DNA of 64,000 bases from the human T2T-CHM13v2.0 reference genome, Homo sapiens (GCF_009914755.1 NC_060927.1); one strand, 5' to 3'. Positions 46,392 through 63,849 are shown, numbered from the stretch's first letter. Made by a program: numbers and translations. Notes: generated by a model from the letters alone, not told the origin.

Positions 46392-47439
46392 AAAAACTAC
46401 ATGTGCTCTTGTCTTTTTGTATTACGTATAATTAATTTCTGGAAGGTGACACATAAAGCCTGGTATAACTTGTTTAATGTTAATTAATTTTTTCTTTTTC
46501 CCTAGAGAAATGGGAAAAATAAGTAATTAATTGTCAGGATCAAAGGCTTTTATGGCTCATAAAGGAGGATTCTGACTGGTCTCTCACAAAAACCAATAAC
46601 AAATCTCAAAGCCCGATGCAAATTTACAGAAAGGGGCTGATACATTTGATTCTTGGTATAAAGACTCTTCTTTTTAATTTTTTATTTCTTGGCTTAATGT
46701 AGCAGGTAAAATATGTTTTCTTATGTAAAAGAAGAACAACTTTCCTGTTTGGTCAAAAATTAAGAAAGTAATACTTTCTCACAGTTTTCCACACTTGCTA
46801 ATGGTACATATATAAATCAGTGAATTGAAAGTTTTATAAAAATTTCTAGGCAATTGTCATATGATTTATTTCAATGAAAATGGAGAAATGTCTTCTGCCT
46901 AAGACGTGCTGTAGTAAGTCCAGCCATGTAGCATGAAGTACTAAAGCCTTTGGTTCGCTAAGAGACAGTTTGAGTTGATGTTTTGACTACCAGGATGGCA
47001 CACAGCCTTTAAAATATGTACTTAATCAAATAATGGCAATTTAACAAATTTAAAAGAAAAATATTAAATACTGTATTTCATACATCTGTTTTATTTTTCA
47101 TGTATTTTTACTCATAAAATATTTCAAACATAAAAAGTAGAGAAAATAACGTGACAGGCATCTATGAGCTCTCCCCCACCCCTGATTTTAAAATGTTAAC
47201 ATTTTGCAATATTTCTTTAATCATATACCATAGAAAATATTACACAGTAAAAAAGCAGAACTTTACAATCATATGTGTTGAAACACTCTTGTGAAAAAGT
47301 GGGCACAAGCCATTGTTCATCCACAGGAGAATTCATAAACAGTGAAGAAGTAGATCAATTTTTCCAAGTGTAGAAGAGAAGAGAAGGAAAAAGTAGTACA
47401 ATGGGATTGTACCTCTATCTATGGCATTTTCTATTTCTA

Positions 47440-48130
47440 CCTGATTGCTTTTTAAAAAGCAAGTTATTAAAGCAATATATATTTATCGTAGAATTTTCAG
47501 AACTAGAAAAATATAAAAAGAGGACTATGCCATAAAAATGCTGCCACTCAGAGATAATTATAACTATGTTGATGTAATTCTTTCTCCCTTTTCTAAAAAT
47601 ATATATTTATTTATGTATATATAATTACTCAGTAAATTGTATAGAAAGGTGGATAGATACCACAAACACACATTAGTTAGATTGTGCACAAAATTTTTTC
47701 ATGCTGCTTTTACCAATTAATATTATTCATGTATATTTTTCTTATTTGAGCTTGATTTTCTAATACGAAGTCTTAATTTTACTGGTCGCATACTTGTATC
47801 ATTTAGTTATACTATATTTTATTTAACTGTTCCTCTGTGATTAGATATCTGTTTAAATTCTCCATAAATAATTTTGCACAAAAATCTTTGTGATAACTCT
47901 TGATCATTTCTCAGTACAAATATCCAAATGTGTAATGAGTCAGTCAAAGGATGTGAATATTTAAGGCTCTTGAGGTATATTACAAAATTGCCCTCCAGAA
48001 AGGTTATAATGATAAACAATTTTATTTTCACTTATGAGCACACCCTGTCACTCATCTTGGATAACAATGAACATTTTTTTAGGTTAACTTTGTTTATTTG
48101 ATAACTAAGAAATCATGGTTTTGTTCATTT
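47440..48130 (-). mobile_element. Old L1ME 3' fragment
   Basis: atttaactgttcctct...tttaaattctcc...gtcaaaggatgtgaatattt...caaaattgccctccagaaagg. Confidence 0.65.
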
Positions 48131-49257
48131 GAGTGAAAAATTAGGCAGGTATTGCCATGTAATAAATTGTGACTGACACATTATGAAGTTAAGCATATCT
48201 CCATTTTGTAAAGAAAAAACTTGCTATCGGTATATCTAGAGAAAAAAGTTTTCTTTTTCCAATAGGGAGATGATCAAATGCCTGCCACAGAAACTCAAAG
48301 AATATTATCAGCTTGAATTGAGAGGTTCCTAAAGGTAGATTATTCTCTAGAGCAAGCCTACTATTGAAGTTACTATTCCTGCAAAAATTCATAAAGCATA
48401 ATAAAAAATCACACTTGCACTGCCATAGTATGCCAGAGAATCTTGGATGAGGATAAGAGATTGCTCATGGGGTGAGAGAGGCAACAAGAAGGAACAGATA
48501 TCTGAATTGTCTCACAAGTTGAGGAAAGGTCATCTCCGGAGAAGAGAAGCAGGAAAGCCCAATATGTTCCAAGCAAGAGGAAACTCCTTAAGCATATGTG
48601 GGCAAAGAAGGAAGGAGAGGCCCAAAGTCAGAAAAATAAAAGAGAATTTGTAACAAAGGTGTAAACTGTGGACAATTACAGATTGAGAACATGAAGAAAA
48701 TCAGAACAAACAGATGAATACAGAGAAGTTGCCCTTACTAATATGTCACTTACCAAATCTTTTATACATGTCTCCTCAATGAGTGAATAAACTCATTTTA
48801 TTATACACAGTTTTTTAATTTAAAAATTTCTTTATAGTGGTATTGACATATCCACACACATACATCTGTATGTGTGACTATATACTTGTTAAGATAATTT
48901 TTTTTGAGAGAAAGAATGGGGACACTTTGTCTCCTCATCTCCATTAACCTCTCCTCTCCCTGATAACCCATATTAAAAACATAATAATGTAATAATATGG
49001 ACCATTCATATTTTTCTCTTTACTCAAATAATAATCCTACGTGTGTTCATGAACACACACACATACATGAAGGCAAAGTAATTATGAATGTTCTTGTTAA
49101 TTATGAATGTTCAAACGGTGGAATCACATGAGATTATATTATGCATACTTGCTTGCCTCTTGCTTTTCTAATGAAACCATACATAATGAAAAGTCTTCAA
49201 GCCACCTGATGTAGCTCTATTTGATTTTATTAATGACAGCATAATAATGTAGAATAT

Positions 49258-49557
49258 GCTGGGCACAGTGGCTCACGCCTGTAATCCCAGCACGTTGGGA
49301 GGCCGAGGCGGGTGGATCACGAGGTCAGGAGATCCAGACCATCCTGGCTAACACGGTGAAACCCCGTCTGTACTAAAAAAATACAAAAAATTAGCCAGGC
49401 ACGGTGGCAGGTGCCTGTAGTTCCAGCTACGAGGGAGGCTGAGGCAGGAGAATGGCGTGAACCGAGGAGGCGGAGCTTGCAGTGAGCGGAGATGTGCCAC
49501 TGCCCACCAGCCTGGACGACAGAGCAAGACTCCGTCTCAAAAAAAAAAAAAAAAAAA
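49258..49557 (+). mobile_element. AluY (inside an old L1ME fragment)
   Basis: gaccatcctggctaacacggtg and atggcgtgaacc diagnostics; A19 tail; TSD tagaatat(g). Confidence 0.95.
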
Positions 49558-49807
49558 TAGAATATGGCATGGCTATGCTATAACTCTTCAGGTGTTCTCC
49601 TATTGATGGCTGTTGACCTTGTTCTAGGTTTTGCCTGCTGTGTATGTTTTTACTTATCCATGCTTATATTTTAATGAGATAGTTTCCCAGGTATGAAATG
49701 GCCTAGTCAAAGGATCTGTATATTTTTAATTTTAGAATATAGTGTTGAATTGCTTACAATTATAGTAGAAGGTAATACTTCCCCCAGCAGTATTTCATTT
49801 CTATGTG

Positions 49808-50150
49808 CAGTTGTCCCTGGATATCCTTGGGGGTTGGTTCAAGAGCCCTGGGGATACCGAAATCTGTGGAAACTCAAGTCCCTGATATAAAATGGCATAA
49901 TATTCTATATCCTTCCACACATCCTCCTGTATACTTTAAATCATCTCTAGATTACTTTTAATACATAATTCAATGTAATGCTTTGTAAATAGTTGTCATA
50001 TTGTACTATTTAAGCAATAATGGCATGGAAAAAGAGTCCAAACATGTTTTACTACAGACACTTTTACACCCAAATATTTTCAATCCACAGTTGGTTAAAT
50101 CCACAGACACAAACCCTATAGATACAGAACCCACAGATACGGAACCCTTA
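49808..50150 (+). mobile_element. MER2
   Basis: cagttgtccctggatatccttgggggttggttc...tttaaatcatctctagattac...; 3' end has a short tandemly repeated unit (agatac(a/g)gaaccc). Confidence 0.85.
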
Positions 50151-50827
50151 AATACTATATTTGGAAACCTGTATGTGTTTACTTTTGTATATGCATATGA
50201 ATATTTCATATTTAAATTATCTTTTTACTGTGGTATGGATTTTTTACATTTTTATTCCTTAAAACAAATCTGCTAATGGAAAGCTCTAGGGATAACTGAG
50301 ATACCCTTTTATCCCCATTGAAGAGGAGGATTTTTGATTCAGGTAAAGCAGCCACAGTTGAACTATGGTATTGGAGTTTGTGCTTTTTGTGGGAGGAACG
50401 AGGTAGTTTAATGTCTCTTTTTTCTGGTGTAATGCCTCCTCTAGGCTACTTCTGTTGCTTAGGGAAGCCTGTCTTTTGGGTTAATCAAGTTTCCTGTTTG
50501 AAGCACATAAAACTCACTGGAAAGCAAGCCCAGAATCAGAATGGGGTCTTGGGGAAAAAATGCCCATGACCAATGGTGCATAATAATCACATTTTTTCTT
50601 TGTTTTCTTTTTTTTTTTTTTTATTATACTCAAAGTTTTAGGGTACATGTGCACATTGTGCAGGTTAGTTACATATGTATACATGTGCCATGCTGGTGCG
50701 CTGCACCCACTAATGTGTCATCTAGCATTAGGTATATCTCCCAATGCTATCCCTCCCCCCTCCCCCGACCCCACCACAGTCCCCAGAGTGTGATATTCCC
50801 CTTCCTGTGTCCATGTGATCTCATTGT

Positions 50828-54679
<3,852 letters not shown>

Positions 54680-54718
54680 TCATTAGTTGATGCAGTTTCT
54701 TCCTAGTCTCGATGGTCT

Positions 54719-55735
54719 TTACATTTTGGCATGATTTTGCAGTGGCTGGTACCGGTTGTTCCTTTCCATGTTTAGCGCTTCCTTCAGGAGCTCTTTTAGG
54801 GCAGGCCTGGTGGTGACAAAATCTCTCAACATTTGCTTGTCTATAAAGTATTTTATTTCTCCTTCACTTATGAAGCTTAGTTTGGCTGGATATGAAATTC
54901 TGGGTTGAAAATTCTTTTCTTTAAGAATGTTGAATATTGGCCCCCACTCTCTTCTGGCTTGTAGGGTTTCTGCCGAGAGATCTGCTGTTAGTCTGATGGG
55001 CTTTCCTTTGAGGGTAACCCGACCTTTCTCTCTGGCTGCCCTTAACATTTTTTCCTTCATTTCAACTTTGGTGAATCTGACAATTATGTGTCTTGGAGTT
55101 GCTCTTCTCGAGGAGTATCTTTGTGGCGTTCTCTGTATTTCCTGAATCTGAACGTTGGCCTGCCTTGCTAGATTGGGGAAGTTCTCCTGGATAATATCCT
55201 GCAGAGTGTTTTCCAACTTGGTTCCATTCTCCCCATCACTTTCAGGTACACCAATCAGACGTAGATTTGGTCTTTTCACATAGTCCCATATTTCTTGGAG
55301 GCTTTGCTCATTTCTTTTTATTCTTTTTTCTCTAAACTTCCCTTCTCGCTTCATTTCATTCATTTCATCTTCCATCGCTGATACCCTTTCTTCCAGTTGA
55401 TCGCATCGGCTCCTGAGGCTTCTGCATTCTTCACGTAGTTCTCGAGCCTTGGTTTTCAGCTCCATCAGCTCCTTTAAGCACTTCTCTGTATTGGTTATTC
55501 TAGTTATACATTCTTCTAAATTTTTTTCAAAGTTTTCAACTTCTTTGCCTTTGGTTTGAATGTCCTCCCGTAGCTCAGAGTAATTTGATCGTCTGAAGCC
55601 TTCTTCTCTCAGCTCGTCAAAATCATTCTCCATCCAGCTTTGTTCTGTTGCTGGTGAGGAACTGCGTTCCTTTGGAGGAGGAGAGGCGCTCTGCGTTTTA
55701 GAGTTTCCAGTTTTTCTGTTCTGTTTTTTCCCCAT
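54719..55735 (-). CDS. L1 ORF1p (338 aa)
   Basis: Intact; REKG, ARR and YPAKLS motifs present; 63-nt inter-ORF spacer. Confidence 0.98.
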   Translation of the reverse strand: MGKKQNRKTGNSKTQSASPPPKERSSSPATEQSWMENDFDELREEGFRRSNYSELREDIQTKGKEVENFEKNLEECITRITNTEKCLKELMELKTKARELREECRSLRSRCDQLEERVSAMEDEMNEMKREGKFREKRIKRNEQSLQEIWDYVKRPNLRLIGVPESDGENGTKLENTLQDIIQENFPNLARQANVQIQEIQRTPQRYSSRRATPRHIIVRFTKVEMKEKMLRAAREKGRVTLKGKPIRLTADLSAETLQARREWGPIFNILKEKNFQPRISYPAKLSFISEGEIKYFIDKQMLRDFVTTRPALKELLKEALNMERNNRYQPLQNHAKM

Positions 55736-56637
55736 CTTTGTGGTTTTATCTACTTTTGGTCTTTGATGATGGTGATGTACAGATGGGTTTTCGGTGTAGA
55801 TGTCCTTTCTGGTTGTTAGTTTTCCTTCTAACAGACAGGACCCTCAGCTGCAGGTCTGTTGGAATACCCTGCCGTGTGAGGTGTCAGTGTGCCCCTGCTG
55901 GGGGGTGCCTCCCATTTAGGCTGCTCGGGGGTCAGGAGTCAGGGACCCACTTGAGGAGGCAGTCTGCCCGTTCTCAGATCTCCAGCTGCGTGCTGGGAGA
56001 ACCACTGCTCTCTTCAAAGCTGTCAGACAGGGACACTTAAGTCTGCAGAGGTTACTGCTGTCTTTTTGTTTGTCTGTGCCCTGCCCCCAGAGGTGGAGCC
56101 TACAGAGGCAGGCAGGCCTCCTTGAGCTGTGGTGGGCTCCACCCAGTTCGAGCTTCCCGGCTGCTTTGTTTACCTAAGCAAGCCTGGGCAATGGTGGGCG
56201 CCCCTCCCCCAGCCTCGTTGCCGCCTTGCAGTTTGATCTCAGACTGCTGTGCTAGCAATCAGCGAGATTCCGTGGGCGTAGGACCCTCTCAGCCAGGTGT
56301 GGGATATAGTCTCGTGGTGCGCCGTTTCTTAAGCCGGTCTGAAAAGCGCAATATTCGGGTGGGAGTGACCCGATTTTCCAGGTGCGTTCGTCACCCCTTT
56401 CTTTGACTCGGAAAGGGAACTCCCTGACCCCTTGCGCTTCCCAGGTGAGGCAATGCCTCGCCCTGCTTAGGCTCGCGCACGGTGCGCACACACACTGGCC
56501 TGCGCCCACTGTCTGGCACTCCCTAGTGAGATGAACCCGGTACCTCAGATGGAAATGCAGAAATCACCGTCTTCTGCGTCGCTCACGCTGGGAGCTGTAG
56601 ACTGGAGCTGTTCCTATTCGGCCATCTTGGCTCCTCC
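55736..56637. promoter_or_regulatory. L1 5'UTR CpG-rich internal sense and antisense promoter
   Basis: Established L1 5'UTR function; YY1 site CAAGATGGCC at ~56620-56630. Equivalent region at 42458-43363. Confidence 0.85.
56191..56406 (+). CDS. L1 antisense ORF0 (71 aa), open
   Basis: MVGAPPPASLPPCSL...FSRCVRHPFL*. Confidence 0.75.
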   Translation: MVGAPPPASLPPCSLISDCCASNQRDSVGVGPSQPGVGYSLVVRRFLSRSEKRNIRVGVTRFSRCVRHPFL

Positions 56638-57144
56638 GTTTGTTTTCTTAAGAATCAGAAACACTTGGCTGGAGGTGTTTTCCCTAAAGACAGAGGCTAA
56701 GGTTCCAATGCTATTTACTGCCACATGTAGACTGGTTTTTCTATGGCCAAGTCTGCTTTACCCATTTCCATTATCTGCTTTCTCTGTAGAGTCTTGAATT
56801 TGTGACCTGTGCCTTAGCACTTAGTGCTGATTCTTAAAATTTAGAAAAAAAAAAAAAAAAGATTTTGTGTCCACATGGATCACATAAGTAAAAAAAAATT
56901 CTTAACAAAGTTAAGAATAGTCAGATTATCTAGGTGTGATGATATTAGAAACAGTTGAGATACAAACTGGGTAGAGAAATAAAATTAGATTTTTCTTAAG
57001 CAGATCACCTCAATTTTGGATAATTTTCTATTTTCCTTTCATCCTCTTACTGGTGGAGTTTATCTCTGTGTATCATCCGATTATTTATGTTCTTTTATAT
57101 TATTTTATTTCTTCCTTCCTGGGCTCCTTGGTATTATTGGGGTG

Positions 57145-57252
57145 GAGGAAGTGAAGAGAGAAAGGAAGGAAGGAAGGAAGAAAGAAAGAAAGAAACAAAA
57201 AGAAAGAAAGCAAGAAAGAGAAGGAAAGACGGAAGGAAGGAAGGAAGAATGA
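57145..57252 (+). repeat. (GGAA)/(GAAA) purine-rich repeat
   Basis: Directly visible. Confidence 0.9.
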
Positions 57253-58509
57253 ATGAGGTCCCCAGTTATGGGAGTGAAGACTGCAGAGATCAAGACCACC
57301 TGAGTTATATTCTATCAGAACATCTTCAAAGTTAAAAAGTATTACCAAAAAGAAGTTAAAATTACCTCGTTTCTGTGGAAGTGACGGCAAATTTCAGGTA
57401 TTAAGGACTTTTCAGGCTTCTGCTTTTCTAGTAATGAAATGTTTACTTTATTTCTCTTCTCATCTTTTTTAATGATCTGTGTACAGACTCGAGACTTTGG
57501 CTTTGATACATTTGAACATTAGAGTGAGACAATATAATTATGATTAGGACATAACAAACCCCACAATGAATTTTGTCCATTGTAAAGCAAATAATCTCCT
57601 TCACTTCAGTTCTTGTCTTTGCATGTGTGTGTTTTCTGCTCTAAAATGCAAGTAAATCAAATTTTCAGTTAAAAAATGTCTCTAGAATTCCAAGGAATAT
57701 AAATAAAAATTTCTGAAGAGAATTAGTTCATTGGAGAAAGAAAGTAAAAATAGAAATTAAAATAGGAAGCCAAAACCTCAAACAAAACAAGTTAAAGAGA
57801 CCTCCTGCAATAATTGTCATGTTGTAGTATAATTTGTAATAGTAATTTTACCTATTCTCCCCAAAATAACCCACTAAGAGCTCAAAGTAATGTTCCAAGA
57901 TTATAGACTTATTAGTCATGTAGCTTTCGAAAGTGGCAGCCATCTGCATAAAATCTTAAATCTGACCTCTTTCCAGGTTTCCTGAAAGATATGTTGAAGA
58001 AGCAATGTTTCATGCACTTGTGCACAATTTATCCTATATCTGTGCAGTAGTAGGCAAGAGCAAATTGCATGGGTTGCACCCTGGCTCTAAACTGTTTTTC
58101 AGTTACATACCCTTGGACAATTAATTTCTCTGTGCCTCATTTTCCCCATCTTAAACACAGCTGTCTTTCCACCATCTCATTTCCTTTCCACAGTATTCCT
58201 GCTATGTACTAACGTGTATCTGGCATGAGGGCAATAATTATTATTTTATATTGTTGACTAGTATTGCTGAGTTGAGTAATGCACTATGATTTGATTTTTT
58301 ATACTTTTATTTTCCTCACAAGAACAGATCAGCTAATATTCAAATTATTGCATTTCTTATAAAATTACATTGTTTTGCTATTTTAAGAGTATGAAGGAAT
58401 TAAAGGCACAGGCTATTTTAAAAGTACTGTATAGAGAAACATAAAACAGATATGTAGGTGCCCACCTCTTACAGTTAATGAATATACAATGTAAAATATT
58501 GGGAATATG

Positions 58510-59830
58510 GCAAGACAAAGGAGAGACAATGTTGAAGGTCTATTCCTTGGGCTTTTATATGAATCATCACCCCATATTACCCAGGTTTTTGATGGTGGCA
58601 ATAATCTCTGTCTTGGTTAGCAACTATCTGGGGCTGGTGGCACAGGCTGTAAAGGAATTTACCAAGACAGTCGTAGATAAAGAAAGGCAGATTTACTAGA
58701 GAAAATATGAAAATACGTTGCCAGGTTGCAATGGGCAGCATAGCAGAGAAGCCTGTCTGCAAATAGGCAGGGGCTAGAGGAAAGGTTTACAGGCTTGTGC
58801 TGGAGGAGGCTGAGTGCAGAACAAGGTTGTTGTGTCTGCCAGTTACTTCTCAGAACAGTTGATTATTGTTCTTCCCCATATGGGGCTCTCCCACACCTGG
58901 GGTCCCTTTCTTGTTGTTGCTTACTTATCTTTTCAGGACTCCACAATCTCTGTAAATCCCCAAGGAGTGGAGGGTTCATTAGCTTACATCTGATCATTAG
59001 TAACATAATAGCCGTTACTCCATGGGTCAGGGATCCAATGTGGATGCTGCCCATTAAACTAAGTATACTTCCTCTCCTGGGAGCAGGGACATAATACTGT
59101 AATGTATCTGTGGTAACTTTGGACCCACCATTAGATGGGCTTGGGCCAAGTTTCCATCTATCACCTGATTTCTATAAGCCCTTTCTGACTGGTGGACCAC
59201 ATTGGCATTTAGGGTCTCCAAGGATTAGCATAAATTCAGTGTCAATATCTGATAACCCCTAAAATGTCAGGCTGTTTTCCTTTTTTTAGAGCACAGTCAA
59301 TCTAGTAAATGGTTACATGGAAGTCCCTTATGGAAAAGCTTAGGGAAAGAGTCACAATATACATGTTTTGTCAGGCTGTAGGATACTTTCTCAGTGAAGA
59401 GGCTAGGAGTCTGAACTAGTCTAGTTCTGAAAATTGGTAAGAGGCCAAATCTCTGTCATGGTAACGTGAGTTAGATTTCTTCCCAGGCAACCAAAAGTAT
59501 TTCCGTCTATATATGTCAAGCAGTACTTTAATAGTCTAGCAGTCTATTTCATCTTTATGAACTCTCTAATTGATTAGTCATTATCTGCCCATTTACCAAT
59601 AGAGATGAGAGACTCCTTCATAGCTACCAAAAAAGTCCTTCACCACAGGTTGATAGCCTTTAATTTCTCTTTTTCCCCATGTTTGTTCTCTAGGACCATA
59701 ATGAGCCAGATACTAGGTTATCTATTTTCTATTTCCTGCAGAAAAAAATGAATATGCATATCTTGCATATATGAATAACTAAATTCCAGAACCCCACTTT
59801 GAAGATTCGGTCATTGACCCATTCTTAGTA
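58510..59830 (-). mobile_element. ERVL internal remnant (gag/pro/pol start), interrupted by a solo LTR
   Basis: Reverse complement ...ggagaccctaaatgccaatgtggtccaccagtcag...ggcttatagaaatcaggtgatagatgg...tggtgggtcca matches the HERV-L protease region. LTR-like sequence follows to ~59950. Confidence 0.7.
58609..58945. mobile_element. Solo LTR, 337 bp (class III-type, family not identified)
   Basis: TG...CA ends with a perfect 5-bp TSD atctc (58604-58608; 58946-58950). Confidence 0.85.
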
Positions 59831-60315
59831 CTAATTACAATATCCGTCTACACAGATAGCATGATCAAATGGGATAATGTAAGGAATTTAATAAACAGAC
59901 AATTTACAAAGATGTGGACAGTGTATGTGTGTAGGGGATCAATAGTTATTCAGTTTGGTAGTATTGAGGCGGTATCATTGGGGCTTAAAGATTTGGGGTA
60001 TAGAATTTCAGCCAATTGCCATGTTATCAGAGGTTGCCTTACCTCTGCTTTCTACCTGTGCTTTCCACAGTTCCTGGAGCCTTAAATGTGGGTCCTCTTA
60101 AGAGTTCCTGTAGAACAAACTTGCTGTCTTATCACCTGTATCTTTCAGGACAGGCAATTAAACCAGAGACGTGTGCATGTTGTTACACTGGTTAGCACTT
60201 TTCCACTGTTGGTCCATGTCCAAATTCTTGAACCCTTTCAGCTACAGTTGAACAGAAGCTGAGAGTCTTCTCCCAGCCTCTGTTTTGGTTGTATAGTAGC
60301 ATCTTTTTAAATTCC

Positions 60316-60325
60316 GTGTGTGTGT

Positions 60326-60373
<48 letters not shown>
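60316..60373 (+). repeat. (TG)n microsatellite, about 29 units
   Basis: Directly visible. Confidence 0.97.
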
Positions 60374-60375
<2 letters not shown>

Positions 60376-60740
60376 TTGGTCAACTGGCTATGCCAAGTAT
60401 GGCTTTAAAAAATAAAAGCATTTGTTTTGGAAAATGTGGTTTAATTATATATATATTTTAAAACATATAATTGGCAATCAACATAGATTTCTTATAATTC
60501 TTTAACTTAATTCTGTTTATATTTCAATTCTGTAAAATCTTGAGGCAGGGGCACTTTAAATGTTTAGTAATGTATTTGTAAAAAGTGAATCCTGTTCTTG
60601 AGCTCATGGTACATCCTTGTGAAGCATATTTTTATTCTTTGAACAATAGATCAAGCTTAGCATGATATTTTCAGTTTGACAAGAGATGGGGTGCTTTTCT
60701 AACCTTTTCTGTCTCCAGCAAGTAATTGGGAAATCAAAGT

Positions 60741-60745
<5 letters not shown>

Positions 60746-60778
<33 letters not shown>
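60746..60778 (+). repeat. (TG)n microsatellite
   Basis: Directly visible. Confidence 0.97.
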
Positions 60779-60781
<3 letters not shown>

Positions 60782-62329
60782 CATGGGTGATTGATTACAT
60801 TATAATTACATTTCTATTACATTGAATACATTCAGAAGCATTCAGCTTCTATAATAATATAAACTGGTAATGGAAAGACAATTATTTTATTCATGCCCTT
60901 ACTCTCCAAATGGAGATTATCAAATATCAACAATATCCATTATAAGAAAAAAGTGGTTATATAACCTATATTATAAATGTCAAATTGTCATATTAGTAGA
61001 TTATTTTAAAGAAAAGCTTAAATTTTTCTTTAGAATAAATTTTCAAGAAAACCCAGTGAAAGTCACTAACTTACCAATCAGTGACAAAAACAAAAACCTA
61101 GCTGCCAAAATAGCATAGACATTTGAGCTAGTGTTCTAATCTTTTAATGTTTATTATAGCTCAAAGGGCTCTGAAATAATTATTCCTTTAGTTTCAGCAG
61201 AAAAGCTGGGGAAAATGGGATGGAATTATGTATTCTCTCAGATAGTAACAAATAAACCATAAGATACTGGTGAATCCAGTGGAGAAGACACATTGGGCAA
61301 TAAAATCAAAAGCAACATTACTTTTCAACTGTTGGAGAAGGCTTTAGCACTAAGATATTACAACATTGTGAAATAAAAATAACCAAAATGATCTATATGT
61401 GCAAATCTGTTGCACTTGGTCTGAAAGAAGCAAGGTAAGTTTCTTCTTGTTTTTTTATTTTGATAAAGTAGATTTGGTGATAAACTAGCTCGCTGTGCAA
61501 GACTTTTTTTTTTAAAGTTTGCATTTGAAAAACAAGAGCATTTATGTAACCTGATTTCCTGGGTTTTCACATGAAAAAAAGGAGACCTATTGATGTCTCA
61601 TGATATTATCCAAAACTTCAAGACAAATGTATAGCAGAATTTCTTTATTTTATTTGCTATTTATTTGCTTACGTACATATTTGTATGCTTATTTACTTAT
61701 ACATTATTTCATTCAATACACAGAATTTGGGGCTTAGCATCTGGAAGCAATTAAGCCACTCTGGGGTGCCATACATAGACCCTGTTCCCAGGAAGTTCGT
61801 TGCTTAGTGTGTGAGATAGACATAAAAACATGATTTCACCCAATGGATAGGTTTGATGATTATTGGTTAGACTGTATACATCACAAGGAAAATAATAATA
61901 TTATCTTGTTTCTCATTATTGTCCTAGTGCTTAGTGTGCAAAATATTGAATATTTACTAAATACTTAGTATTAGATCATTTAAGGCAATTGATAAATATT
62001 AAATGCTAAAGACAATATATAGTATTAATGGAAGTATAATGGTGGAGCATTTCAACCTACTTATGAGGAGTTGGTGGATGTTTCCTAAGGAGGTACACAC
62101 TAAGAGTTATTCAGATGACTACATGTATGGGCAATGTTATACTCAGAAGGCATCAGAAGCGAAGGAACAGACAAATCAGGCAACACATACATCTCAGAAA
62201 TGGTAGCCATGAAGAGTAAAGCAGAGTGATGGAAGCTAGAGAAAAAGAGATTTGATAATGAGGGGACTGATTGGATTGTTAAGAAACTTATGAGCAACGG
62301 GAAGTCATTGGAAGTATATTAATCAACTT

Positions 62330-62975
62330 TTACTATGTGATGCTGCATGACAACCTCAAAATCTCGATGGCTTACAACAACACATATTTTTTTCTTGCTA
62401 CTTTACATGTTGGTGGCTTTTGGTTACATGCAGTGCTTCTTCTCATGGCTGTGAGTTTAGACCTGCTCCACATTCCAGGACGCAAGCTCAAGGACCGGTC
62501 TCTAGCATATGTCCTTCTCATGACAGAAGGCAAAGAAGCATAAATACGCAATAAAATTTACAGCTTCTTCTCGGCACATCTGCCAAAACAAGTTGCAGTG
62601 TTGGCCTGGCGGGATGGCTCATGACTCTAATACCAACACTTTGGAAGACGGAGGCAAGAGGATCTTTTGACCCCAGGAGTTCAAGACCAGCCTGGCAACA
62701 TATTGAGACCCATCTCTCTCCAAAAAAAAAAAAAAATTAGCTGGACATGGTGGTGCATGCCTGTAGTTCCAGATATTTGGGAGGCTGAGAGAGAAAGATA
62801 ACTTGAGCCCAAGAGTTCAAGGTTGCAGTGAACTATGATGATGCCACTGCACTCCAGCCTGAATGAAAGAGTGATATCCTGTCTCTATAGGAAAAAACAA
62901 AAAAAAACAAAAAAACACAAACCCACAAAAAACAAGCTACAGGTTAAGTCCAACATCAGTGGGGTCGAGCCTGTG
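62330..62975. mobile_element. MLT1 LTR split by an Alu
   Basis: gtgatgctgcatgacaacctcaaaatctcgatggcttacaacaac...aagtccaacatcagtgggg. Confidence 0.65.
62603..62928 (+). mobile_element. AluJ
   Basis: Diverged dimer; degenerate TSD aaaacaagttgcagtgtt / aaaacaagctacaggtt. Confidence 0.92.
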
Positions 62976-63849
62976 GTGTAATTCTTTTTATAGGAGAGAG
63001 ATAAAGAAGTGTGAGTGGATTCTGAAATCTATGGATTTCAGAAAATGGCTTTGTGAATTGTAGCTGACACAATTTGAAAGTAAAACATGGAAATCCCTGA
63101 GTCATCATTGACTTTCAATATTTCATCAGGGAAAATGAAGGTCCGAGGTAATGTACATTTTACATTGCAGGCTATCTGTGCTCATCATTCTCAAGGCAAA
63201 TTTGAGAACAAAACATTACATTTCCTTGAGTCTGTACCCTGTAAAATACTTTCACATACTGTCATTGCACATTCAGTTACGCTCAGAAAGAGGTAAAGTT
63301 CACAAAAAGGCAATGCTTTTGTGAGGACTTCTCAGTCATTGGTGTTCATCTGGTCACTGAGTGATCAGCTGCCGCGTTGAATCCCCAGGTGGGAAAGAAA
63401 ATAGCAAGGAGCAGTGGTGTGATTGTTCTCAGTAGGATGTAGAAAATGTCATGACCCTAGGCTAATATTATGAAGAAACGCGTTAGAATCAACACTGTGT
63501 CTCACTAAATCTTTTTCTAAAATGTGTATCTGTTTGTTTCTCTTCCATTTTGCATAATTTCTATTTAAATTCCTAAATAGTGTTCGATTACTTAAAAATG
63601 TTTATTGTTAACAGTCATTTATATTCTATCTTAAAAAGCAGCACTATAGTATGGAGAGAAGTGAATTAATTCATGAGAGTTTATGGGCTTTAGAATTTAA
63701 TGAGCCTGGTGTATGTTCTTGCTCTTTCACTAGCTTTCAACACATTCTAAATCTTTTTCTTGAGCTCTCAGTTTCATCATCTGTAAATGGGTAATTTATT
63801 TATGGAACGTCACACAAACTTATAGAGGCACACTTTACCCATGAGGAAC

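Noticed and set aside
49079-49112. 15-bp direct repeat taattatgaatgttc
   Set aside because: Only two copies with a 4-bp spacer inside old L1ME; an ordinary local duplication, not an array.
57016-57390. Overlapping ORFs on both strands
   Set aside because: Artefact of the stop-free GGAA/GAAA repeat.
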